This document shows, piece after piece, positions 48,722-61,510 of a stretch of DNA of 64,000 nucleotides. Position 1 is the first letter of the stretch. Every line of letters starts with the position of its first letter. Position numbers and translations under genes: made by a program. The notes beneath the pieces are model-generated. The model saw only the letters and a program-made list of their open reading frames with translations, did not search any database and had not been told where the DNA came from. Source of the DNA: Octopus sinensis (lineage: Eukaryota); the NCBI RefSeq assembly GCF_006345805.1, contig NC_043003.1:39866001-39930000 (forward strand). Reading direction: 5' to 3'.

Positions 48722-49116
48722 TCCCTGTGGGATGAAGTTAAAATAATAGACAGAGAACACCACTGGAAAATACGAAAACTAAAAGAAGCAGCACACATGC
48801 TAGGATACAACAACCTCCTAAGCAGACCGAGTGCACATATTAATAGCATATGGGAAACGGTATTAAGGATGGAGAGAAAAATGATAGATTTATAAACCCT
48901 AAAGTTCAGTCCATAATTGCCCGCGTAGTGGCGTAGTGGTTAAGAGCGTGGGCTACTAACCCCAAGATTCCGAGTTCAATTCCAGGCAGTGACCTGAATA
49001 ATAATAATAATAATAATGATAAGATCGAATAATACTTTAGGAATGAGAATCCAGGTTCGAAATATCCCCAGGACACTTGATGAAGGCTAGAGGGTATATC
49101 AGCTGAAACGTTATGT
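48722..49116 (+). mobile_element. Penelope-like element 3' end: GIY-YIG C-terminal tail, tRNA-like A/B boxes, (AAT)n and a hammerhead-like motif
   Basis: Remnant LWDEVKIIDREHHWKIRKLKEAAHMLGYNNLLSRP...W; A box TGGCGTAGTGG 48929; B box GTTCAATTC 48974; ACAC-TTGATGA-AGGCT...AGCT-GAAA-CGTT-ATGT 49073-49116. Confidence 0.65.
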
Positions 49117-50491
49117 TAATTCCTCATCACTTAAACCTAGAACTGCAAAAGTTTCTTCTTCTACCATAAAAAATCCTACTGCTTGTTATAGAGAAATTTA
49201 TATAGCTCCTTCTAAGCAAATAACTCCAGAATGGTTTTTTTAAAAAGAAATTTACAAGTCCGTCTACGAGTGCTTGTGAATCGGTGATCGCGTCTACAAA
49301 TGATGGTATGCGGGAGTCTATTGCGAGTGAAAGCTACTCAGAAAACGATTATTATAATTGTCATTCTTTTTACTTTACATAAAATATTCTTTACATTCTT
49401 CTGTTGTTTTATTGCTATTTACTTCCGAGTATTATGAATTTTATAGGTAAAATATTTTTCTAGGAACGAATTACGATTTATAAGACTGCTACTATGGGAA
49501 ATTATTGCTATGCTTTACGAATTTTTGCTTTGCGTGTTGTCTACGGGAACAAATTAAACTCGTATATCGAAGCATTGCTCTATTTTCTAAAGGTCTTCAA
49601 GGGACAGCAGGTTTAGTTTATGCAAAAACTGCGCACATTTGCCACATATTAAACACATTCCGTGAAAATGCTACAATGTACATGACAATCAATATTATTC
49701 ATATTCACAGCAAAAGTCTTTGAAGAACAATATAATTTGCATAGAAACGAGGAGGCATTAACATATATTGGCCGGCTGAATTTTCAGTCTGTAATTTCAA
49801 ATCAATTATATGTATGTGTGTGTGTGTGTGTGTGTACGCGCTTATGGATGGGTGGATGGAAGGGTGGCCGGATGGATATGCGCGCGCGCGCACACACACA
49901 TACAAGTATCTTGACATATAAACGCATTTCGAAAAATTTTACCATCTCTTTTAAGGTAACAGAATCAAACTCTTTGTCTTTTGCTTTGCTAATGGCAAAG
50001 TCCGCAACAGTTTGCTGTATCCAAATTCTTAGAAACCAGCATAAAACCATAATTCAGAAAATCAAACTAGCATTAAAGAGTCCTCCATACTGTAGGCATT
50101 ACTTCCCAACCACATCGTTCCGGGTTCAGTCCCACTGCGTGGCACTTTGGGCAAGTGTCTTCTGCAATAGCCTCGGGCCGACTAAAGCCTTATGAGTAGA
50201 TTTGGTAGACGGAAACTGGAAGAAGTTCGTCATGTGTGTGTGAGTGAGTGTGTGTGTGTGTGTGCTTATATCTGTGTGTCTTTGTGTGTGTTTTTCCTCC
50301 GAACACACACACACCGCTTGACAACCGGTGTTGGTTTGTTTACGTCCCTGTAACATGGCGGTTCCGCAAAAAGTGACCGATAGACTAAGTATCAAGCTTT
50401 AAAATATAAGTATGGAGTTTATTTGTTTGACAAAACTCTTCATGGCGGTACCTCAGCATGGGCCACAATCCATAGCTGAATCAAGTATATA

Positions 50492-50525
<34 letters not shown>

Positions 50526-50680
50526 TATATATATAATATATATATATATAAATGAAAGAATGGAGTTGAACGTCGAATTAACGTGAATTTGCTGACGTGA
50601 ATTTGCTACCCAGGTATCGGTTAACCGAATTATCCATAATAAGATAATTCATTCAACTACTCAATTATTCAATATATATA

Positions 50681-53280
50681 TATATAGGTAAACAGTAAAA
50701 TTAAATACAGACATGGACAAGAACATGAACAACCACAGAGACGACACAAGAACCACAGGACGGGACATTCGAAGCCCTCAGTCATCAGTCAAGAACCAGA
50801 TCATCTTAGCAATTTCGGCTGATTAATCTTGAGATTGCTCCGATATGGCCGGCCCGCCAAGAAATCTAAGCCAAGGCATTAGATCCCCTGGAAGAAAGCT
50901 TCGAATGTATACAACGAAAGGACGGAAAACGAACGAAGTACACAAACAAAAATACAGAATACGTGACACCAATAAGAATACAAAAACGTAAAACCAATAA
51001 CGGTAAAAATAAAAAATAAACAACAAAACAAAAACAGGACGTAGGACAAGGGTCTTTCGACAGGACGATTTGAGTAGGGGCTGGCTTGTGAAGTTGTGCC
51101 TAAAGGCCACGGGGAGACGAACACATACGTGTTGCTTCTGAGGCTGCTGAAAACGAAAAGAGCGCTCAACAGCGGCTAGCTGTCACGTGAGAACAAAAGA
51201 CAGGAGAAAGGGACAGATGAAAAGGGAGAGAAGGTGGACGAGGGAGGAGGAAAAGAGACAGATCGAGGGGGCTGGAGGTGAGAGAGATAGAGAAACGTAG
51301 AAAGGGGGGGGGGACGGATGGAGAGGGAAAGAACGGAAGTGGAATAAGGGAGGAGGGAGAGAGAGAGAAAAAGAGACAGATTAAGAGTCGTATCAAGCTT
51401 GAGAAAAAAATATACTTATCGTATAAGGACAATTGTGGATACGTAGCCGCCGATTATATAGGTAAACAGTAAAATTAATACAGACATGGACAAACATGAA
51501 ACACCACAGAGACGACACAAGAACCACAGGACGGGACATTCGAAGCCCTCAGTCATCAGTCAAGAACCAGATCATCTTAGCAATTTCGGCTGATTAATCT
51601 TGAGATTGCTCCGATATGGCCGGCCCGCCAAGGGAAATCTAAGCCAAGCGCATTAGATCCCCTGGAAGAAAGCTTCGAATGTATACAACGAAAGGACGGA
51701 AAACGATCGAAGTACACAAACAAAAATACAGAATACGTGACACCAATAAAATACAAAAACGTAAAAACAATAACGGTAAAAAAAAAAAATAAACAACAAA
51801 ACAAAAACAGGACGTAGGACAAGGGTCTTTCGACAGGACGATTTGAGTAGGGGCTGGCTTGTGAAGTTGTGCCTAAAGGCCACGGGGAGACGAACACATA
51901 CGTGTTGCTTCTGAGGCTGCTGAAAACGAAAAGAGCGCTCAACAGCGGCTAGCTGTCACGTGAGAACAAAAGACAGGAGAAAGGGACAGATGAAAAGGGA
52001 GAGAAGGTGGACGAGGGAGAGAAAAGGAGACAGATCGAGGGGGCTGGAGGTGAGAGAGATAGAGAAACGTAGAAAGGGGGGGGGGACGGATGGAGAGGAA
52101 AGAACGGAAGTGGAATAAGGGAGGAGGGAGAGAGAGAAAAAGAGACAGATTAAGAGTCGTATCAAAGCTTGAGAAAAAAATATACTTATCGTATAAGGAC
52201 AATTGTGGATACGTAGCCGCCGATTATATAGGTAAACAGTAAAATTAATACAGACATGGACAAGAACATGAAACACCACAGAGACGACACAAGACCACAG
52301 GACGGGACATTCGAAGCCCTCAGTCATCAGTCAAGAACCAGATCATCTTAGCAATTTCGGCTGATTAATCTTGAGATTGCTCCGATATGGCCGGCCCGCC
52401 AAGGGAAATCTAAGCCAAGCGCATTAGATCCCCTGGAAGAAAGCTTCGAATGTATACAACGAAAGGACGGAAAACGATCGAAGTACACAAACAAAAATAC
52501 AGAATACGTGACACCAATAAGAATACAAAAACGTAAAAACAATAACGGTAAAAATAAAAAATAAACAACAAAACAAAAACAGGACGTAGGACAAGGGTCT
52601 TTCGACAGGACGATTTGAGTAGGGGCTGGCTTGTGAAGTTGTGCCTAAAGGCCACGGGGAGACGAACACATACGTGTTGCTTCTGAGGCTGCTGAAAACG
52701 AAAAGAGCGCTCAACAGCGGCTAGCTGTCACGTGAGAACAAAAGACAGGAGAAAGGGACAGATGAAAAGGGAGAGAAGGTGGACGAGGGAGGAGAAGAAA
52801 GAGACAGATCGAGGGGGCTGGAGGTGAGAGAGAAGAGAAACGTAGAAAGGGGGGGGAACGGATGGGGGGGACGATGAGAGGGAAAGAACGGAAGTGGAAT
52901 AAGGGAGGAGGGAGAGAGAGAGAAAAAGAGACAGATTAAGAGTCGTATCAAAGCTTGAGAAAAAAATATACTTATCGTATAAGGACAATTGGATACGTAG
53001 CCGCCGATTATATAGGTAAACAGTAAAATTAAATACAGACATGGACAAGAACATGAAACACCACAGAGACGACACAAGAACCACAGGACGGGACATTCGA
53101 AGCCCTCAGTCATCAGTCAAGAACCAGATCATCTTAGCAATTTCGGCTGATTACTTGAGATTGCTCCGATATGGCCGGCCCGCCAAGGGAAATCTAAGCC
53201 AAGCGCATTAGATCCCCTGGAAGAAAGCTTCGAATGTATACAACGAAAGGACGGAAAACGATCGAAGTACACAAACAAAA
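50681..53280. repeat. Tandem array, ~775-bp unit, 3 full copies plus a ~270-bp partial copy
   Basis: The anchor TATATAGGTAAACAG has its GGT at 50687, 51461, 52231 and 53015. Copies differ mainly by small indels. Confidence 0.95.
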
Positions 53281-53303
53281 ATATATATATATATGTACAT
53301 GTG

Positions 53304-53350
<47 letters not shown>

Positions 53351-53896
53351 GTGTACAGAGAGAGAAATGTTTTATAACTAGTTAACCGTTAGTATTATTT
53401 AACAAACCGACACCAATGGAAAGAAGTTAAATTTTGAAACACATATGTAACACAGATAATCGTTTAATTTCATTATTTCACAACAATCAGATGATGTCTT
53501 ACATTCTTTTCTTTCTGTTTCTCTCCATTTACATTTAACGAAACTCTATTTTTGGGAAGAATGAAGATATTTAAAGAAGTCTTATTTTTATTTGCCCGCA
53601 GTTGATATCATTAACCTCCACCCAAACTCCCGAACTCTTGTCTATCTTTGTAGTTTTTACTTCAACTGTCCTATATAAAATACAAACGCTATTATGTTGG
53701 AAAGATAAAATAGACTCGGGTAATGTATAAATAAAATATAAGGATAATTAAAGGTTTTTAGATATGAATAGTCAAAATATAAATTCAAGGAGAGCGCACG
53801 ACATTTTTTCTTTGTTTTTTTTTTTTGTTTTCTACTTCGTTATGTTTACCCTATTCTTGTGTTCATGTAAACAATTGCGTACGTGAGTGTGTGTGT

Positions 53897-53930
<34 letters not shown>

Positions 53931-54460
53931 TGGTGTGTGTGGTGTGTGTGTGTGTGTGTGTGGTGTGTGTGTGTTTGTGAGAGAGAGAGAGAGTGAGTGA
54001 GAAAGAGAAAGATGAAGAGGCGGAAGTGAGAAACCGAATAAGGATATAATAAGTACGTTGTAGAGAAAATTCTTCTTTTATTGAAACTGTCTCCTCTTTC
54101 AGAGAAGTAGGGACAATTTCAAGAATCAGGAATTTTCCAAAATTGATATATCGTTAAGGAAAAAAAAAATTCTGATTGTCTGGAGATAAGACAACAGTTG
54201 TGGAAACATGTTTTTGCTTTTATAAACATCATCAGCATAGCAATTGTATTTCTTGATGACCAACAAAACGAGACATTTAGACATATGCAAAAAGTGTAGG
54301 ACACACTTATGGTCTAGGTAATTTGGATAAAAATAAAGAAAATGAGCGAAGAAAAATAACATGCTGTGGATAGTGGCGCGTATTTGAACAAGAAAAACAA
54401 ATTAGAATATAATAAATAGTAGAATATAATAAATATATGCGCACGTGTGTATGAGTGTGT

Positions 54461-55989
<1,529 letters not shown>

Positions 55990-56391
55990 GATTGAACTGC
56001 TTTATTATATGGTCGATAGGAATTTAGGAAATTCTCTTTATTCTCATCTTTTAAGATGAAATCTCACAAATGGTAATATGCTTGAAATCTGAATGTACAT
56101 AGAAAGATTAGTTATGAGGTTTTATAAAGCTTGCCGGAAGCTTGCATCCAGGAAGCTGATACATGAGAGGTTATTTTCTGATATTTTTTTCACGGCTAAA
56201 CAATGACGGGGCTGATATGTGTGAAATAGTATCCCAGGCGTAGAAGCATAAGCAACGATACGAACCCATAGAACACCACATACACATGTACACACAATAG
56301 CACACCATACAACGCATACGCAACGACAGCATATGCATAGTTTACAACACCTCAGCTCAGTACATCCTCTGTTATATAGTGGAATTACTGC

Positions 56392-56772
56392 GGAGGCGCA
56401 ATGGCCCAGTGGTGAGACCAGCGGACTCGCTGTCATAGGATCGCGATTTCGATTCCCAGACCGGGCGTTGTGAGTGTTTATTGAGCGAAAACACCTAAAG
56501 CCCCACGAGGTTCCGGCAGGGGGTGCTGGCGACCCCTGCTGTACTCTCTCACTACAACTTTCTCTCACTCTTTCTTCCAGTTTCTGTTGTACCCGCTTTT
56601 CAAAGGGGTCAGCCTTGTCATACTCTGTGACACGCTGAATCTCCCCGAGAACTACGTTAAGGGTACACGTATCTGTGGAGTACTCAGCCACTTACACGTT
56701 AATTTCACGAGCAGGATGTTCGGTTGATTGAATTAAGTGGAACCCCCGTCGTCGTAACCGACGGAGTGCCAC
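56392..56772 (+). mobile_element. Full-length tRNA-derived SINE (GGAGGCGCAATGGCCCAGTGGT family)
   Basis: A tRNA-like head with A/B boxes. Related copies lie at 48230-48490 and, degraded, at ~1605-1900. Confidence 0.8.
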
Positions 56773-57028
56773 GAGTGTTATATTGCTACTTATCCCGCGG
56801 GAGTCTGGGGTTCGTCTCCTCGCTGAGGAGTATATGAAACGAGCCAAACGCGAGAACTTCTATGCATTTTCAGGACCGTCAAAAAATAGCAGTCAAATCT
56901 CTCTCAAGCTTTCTCGATCTTGTCCGAGGACGTGTCCAATCCAGTTTCAGTGTCTGAGTCTTATTTCCTTGATCAACTGATCCTGTTGATGCTCATCATC
57001 GTCTGAATATATATATATATATACACAC

Positions 57029-57285
57029 GCTTACGGCCATATCACTTTGAATGCACCGGTTCTCTTCCGATGTAAGTTAAGTAACGTCAAGCGTAGTTAG
57101 TCCTTAGATGGGTGACCGCTTCTCAAAGCTAAGTGCAGCAAGCTGTAGTAATTCCCCACCGATGTCGACTTTGCCTTTCATCCTGTCGAGGTCGATGAAA
57201 TAAGTACCAGTTGAGCACTGGAGTCGATGTAATCGACTAACCCCTCCCTCGAAATTTCTGGCCTGATGCCAAAATTTGCGACCAA
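57029..57285 (+). mobile_element. 5S-rRNA-derived head joined to a SINE body (candidate SINE3)
   Basis: 57029-57120 GCTTACGGCCATATCACTTTGAATGCACCGGTTCTCTTCCGAT..AAGTTAAGTAACGTC..GTTAGTCCTTAGATGGGTGACCGC aligns by eye to 5S rRNA. From ~57151 it continues as AATTCC..CCGATGTCGACTTTGCCTTTCATCC, the SINE body. Confidence 0.75.
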
Positions 57286-58050
57286 TTTATACGTACATAC
57301 ACAATGATCCATCACATGGTCGATCAAGTAAACGTTTTGACTCGTTAGATTAGCGAATAAGTGGTCGAGTATCCCGCATTCACTTGCAGTCTGAACGTAA
57401 GTCACAAACCAAATCAGTGTGAAAGAAGATATGTCGCGTTTAGACCTTTGAATTACGGTTACAATCCACCAGATGGGATTCGAAATAGCTTCCGTCCCTA
57501 CACTTTCACTCACAAAGGTTTTGGGTCCCCTGCAGCTATAGTAAATACATATAACCAAGGTGCCACACATGACAGTGAACCCGGGATATTATGATTGAGG
57601 ATCGAACTTCTTATCTGATCAGCCATGTCTGCGTCAGCATAATTAGTTAAGGATAAACACAATGAAAAATACGTAGTGTGTTAAGAAACTTGCTTCCCAA
57701 ACACAAGGTTCCAGGTTCAGTCACACTGCGTGGCACCTTCGGCAAGTGTCTTCTACTATAGCCTTGGGCCGATCAAAGTCTTGTGAGTGGATTTGCTAGA
57801 TGGAAACTGAAAGAAGTCCGTCGTATTATCATGTTGAACCGTTAATCCCTACACATTTTTTCTCGCTTCGTTTTTTTTTTTTTTTCGTTCACCCTCCGTT
57901 TTTTCCTCTCAGTCCTTTCTGTCGAAGAGCGTAGACACGAAACGTCAGACTTTTCCTTTCTTCCCGTGCGTTAAACTAATACATCTGCTTGTTGTTCCTT
58001 CACCTGTCTTCGCTTTTTGGTTTCTGTAAATTTGAACTAAATATATATAG

Positions 58051-58097
<47 letters not shown>

Positions 58098-58124
58098 GCG
58101 CACGTACACACACACACACACGAA

Positions 58125-58158
<34 letters not shown>

Positions 58159-58446
58159 TGCGTGTGTGTGAGTCCGTCCTTCTGTCTGTGTTTGTCTCCT
58201 ACTACTGCTTGACAACCGGTATTGGTGTGTTTACGGCCCTCGTAACTTAGCGGTTCGGCAAAAGTGACTGACAGAATAAGTACAGGGCATAAAAAAAAGA
58301 TACTGGAGTCGATTCATTCGACTAAAAATTCTTCAAAGCGGTGCCCCAGCATGGCTGCAGTCTAATTACTGAAACGAGTAAAAGATAAAAGACTACATAC
58401 ATGCACACTCATAACATCACATCTTTCAACACGTTTGATATATATA

Positions 58447-58494
<48 letters not shown>

Positions 58495-58517
58495 ATATAT
58501 GTGTATGTATATATATG

Positions 58518-58548
<31 letters not shown>

Positions 58549-58728
58549 GTGTGGTGTGTGTGTGTATATATATATATACACTCGCATAACCTCCCCTCTC
58601 TTACTCTCTCACACATACATATACATTCTTATACACATGCACATAATCATTATCAGTCATATCTAAGTACTACTACAGCACCCAACCATTACCACATACA
58701 TAGATACATGCACACATACATATACACG

Positions 58729-58776
<48 letters not shown>

Positions 58777-59353
58777 AGCAGCTATACCTACCCGAGGTAT
58801 TATACCATGAATGTCAAGTTAGTAAGAGAAATATAGGACACGCGAGAGAGTAAGGCAGCAGACGCCTCCACAAAGTTGGTATTTCATGATAAAGTTCTTT
58901 AAGAAGAAAAAAATAAAAGAAGAAAAAAAAAATCAAATATAAAAATATATATAAAATGTCCGTGGAATTTCAGTCGACTTGTTGTGTGCGACCAGAGTAT
59001 AGAATTATATTTTTAAAACTAGTCTTTCAGCAGGAGTTCCTCCCTCTAACTGTAAAGCAGCGAGGAACAGCAAACAAGCACTTCAATAATGAAGAAATAA
59101 TCTTGTTCCCCGCCCCTTTTCAAAGCGATAAGACAGCTCGATGTTGGGCGCCTATTTATATAGAGATGCCATTATCTATTATATATGTATATATATAATT
59201 GGTTACTCATTTGCCCTTTTAGTGCTTCCAGTCACTATATAGGCATCTTCGTGTTACGGCTATCTCGGGTTACGGGGATTTCGCGCCTACGGAAGTTTGA
59301 TCAGTAATTTCGGAATACGCAACTTTAGGAGGAGAGGATCAGTCGATTACAGA

Positions 59354-59494
59354 ATAACTCTCTTCTCATACGAGGGAGGCAAATCCCTAGTCTGGGACGT
59401 GACGTGCTGCGACACATTCTTCGGCTCCAACCTTGCTGCATCGGCCGCAAACCCGGGTATCACTATTCGTTACGTAGAGGAGAGGAAAATGAAT
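59354..59494 (+). mobile_element. Fragment of the restriction-like (REL) endonuclease of a CRE/NeSL-type non-LTR retrotransposon
   Basis: ITLFSYEGGKSLVWDVTCCDTFFGSNLAASAANPG...EERK resembles the REL motif G-K-x-L-x-W-D-x-T...E-x-x-K. Confidence 0.6.
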
Positions 59495-59544
59495 TAATTT
59501 TTTTCTGTCGATAATTTTTTCTGTTAATCGGGGGGGGGGGGGGG

Positions 59545-59741
59545 TATGCTGAAAAGTTCTTGGCTTGAAGGGTACTGTGAAAGGCCCACTTGGAGGCTCA
59601 ACCTTCCGAGATCTTTTACAGAGCTTAGAAAAACTGAAGGGCCTCTGCATTAAGTGAGGGGGGAATATATTAAATAAAATCGTAATTGATCCTCCTGTAT
59701 TTTCTTTTACCCAAAGCCAGGAACTTTTCAGCACTCCTCAT
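59545..59741. mobile_element. Mariner-type MITE
   Basis: TATGCTGAAAAGTTCTTGGCTT / AAAGCCAGGAACTTTTCAGCACTCCTCATA inverted ends; a related copy lies at ~44960-45212. Confidence 0.6.
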
Positions 59742-59832
59742 ATATGTGTTTGTATGTATGTATTGTATGTATGTATGTATGTATGTCTGTATGTATGTAT
59801 AATATATATCTATATATATATATATATATATA

Positions 59833-59886
<54 letters not shown>

Positions 59887-60029
59887 GGGGGAGAATTCAC
59901 AATAAAGACGAAGACGGTGGTGTAGACAACAGATGTATTAGTTTAACGCTCATGAAGTGAAAAAGTCTTTAACGTTTCGAGCCTACGCTCTTCCACAAAA
60001 AGGAAGACAGAAAGAAACAGAGCGAGAAA

Positions 60030-61330
60030 ATAAAGAATGTGTAGTGGTTGCCAGACGTCTGAGCTCCAATGTGTCCATGCCCATGGAAGCAAGACGTTCA
60101 GAGTGTGTTAGATGCCTGATGTTGGGTATTCGTTTTGTCGCACGTATCTGAACAGTTTCCAGGAGATTTATATGCTGAGAAAGATAGGGGTTTCCATAAT
60201 GGTGATGCAAATTCTAAGTGCGGACGTACCATCGTCATATATATTTTAAATAGAAAGCTATAGAGCGGCTGACAAATGTCTTACTGAACGATGCTAGGAC
60301 ACCCTCAGCCTTCTTGACAATCTTAGAGATGTGGTTTGCTCAACGCAGATAGCTGTTTACAATAATACCCAAATTACGTTCAGTGGAAGACTTCTTGAGA
60401 TTGGTGTTGTTGATGGAATACGCAAAGGCTAGATTTTTGTTCCCAAAGTGCATGGTGATGCTCTTGTCCATAGCTAGCTTGAGTTGCCAGTCAGAAACCC
60501 ATTGCTACATTGTGTCCCGGTCTGATTGTAGGAAAGGTCTATAGCGCATAGGATCTGTTCTTTTTATCTCGCGGTACAGCTTGATGTCATCTGCATATTT
60601 CAACACTGTAACATTCCTCAAGTTGGCATCTATGTCATTAATATATGCAACAAACAGTAGGAGTCCAAGAATAGATCCCTGTGTCACGCAAGAAGTCATC
60701 TCGTAAGGTGGAGATGGTGTGCAAGAACCGTAAATACCTCTATCCGACCGAGAATGAAGGATTTCAGCCAGTAATTGAGATCATCTTTCACACCCGTTGC
60801 AGAGAGTTTTGCCATGAGTCGTTTGTGTGGCACAGAATTGAAGGCTTTAGCAAAGTTAAGGTTGATAACATTTCTCAATGAACCACCATCATTAACTCGG
60901 GTGATGTTCTCAAGAAACTCGATGAGTTGGCTACAGCCATTGGAGTTAGTAATCCAAATCCAAATTGTGAGGGTCGAACAAGGTTGCGAGGTCTCCAAAA
61001 GTTCCAGAGTGTTTCTCTGACACAGAACTCCATCAGTTTGGCAATGCAGCTAGTAAGGTTGACTGGAAGGTGATGTGCGATCAGTTTTATTTATTTTTTT
61101 TTTTAACAGAGGAACAGCACTGTCACATTTCCAGTGTTCTAGAGCGACACAGTTGTTAAGACAGAATTGAAAGAAAAAGGGAAGCTGGTGCAAAAGCAAG
61201 AACCCGCTACGTATGAGAAGCAAACAAGTAACATCCATCAAGACCAGGAGAGGCATAGTTGCGCTTATTCTTGAGGTGGCGTCGTAGAATTGCGGGTGTA
61301 GATTTCGCACATGCTATGGAATTTGATATC
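60030..61330 (-). mobile_element. CR1-clade LINE reverse transcriptase remnant
   Basis: Remnants read PVNLTSCIAKLME, LNFAKAFNSVPHKRLMAKL, VTQGSILGLLLFVAYIND, KYADDIKLY and LETVQIRATKRIP. Confidence 0.88.
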
Positions 61331-61463
61331 AGAGTTGGTGAAGAAGGTACATTCGGATTTTCAACCGTAAAAATGCCAGCATAGCGTTCAGCAATAAGCT
61401 CAGCACATTTCTTGGGATCATCACTGATCTAGTCTGTGTGGGGACTGTAAAGAGGGTCAACTG

Positions 61464-61499
<36 letters not shown>

Positions 61500-61510
61500 A
61501 TATATAATAT

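Noticed and set aside
48925-48990. Genuine tRNA gene
   Set aside because: A and B boxes are present but I could not form an acceptor stem; it is treated as a tRNA-derived head.
50755-50800. CTGATGA...CGAA on the minus strand of the tandem unit as a hammerhead
   Set aside because: GAAA is GAAT, no stem III forms and the flanks do not make stem I, so it is not callable as a ribozyme.
50681-53280. Tandem array as CRISPR-like or as a multicopy gene (repeated ORFs MSALFVFSS..., MAFRHNF...)
   Set aside because: The context is eukaryotic, there are no unique spacers, and the ORFs shift frame between copies.
57029-57148. Functional 5S rRNA gene
   Set aside because: There is an internal deletion, the 3' end is diverged, no oligo-T terminator follows, and it runs into a SINE body.
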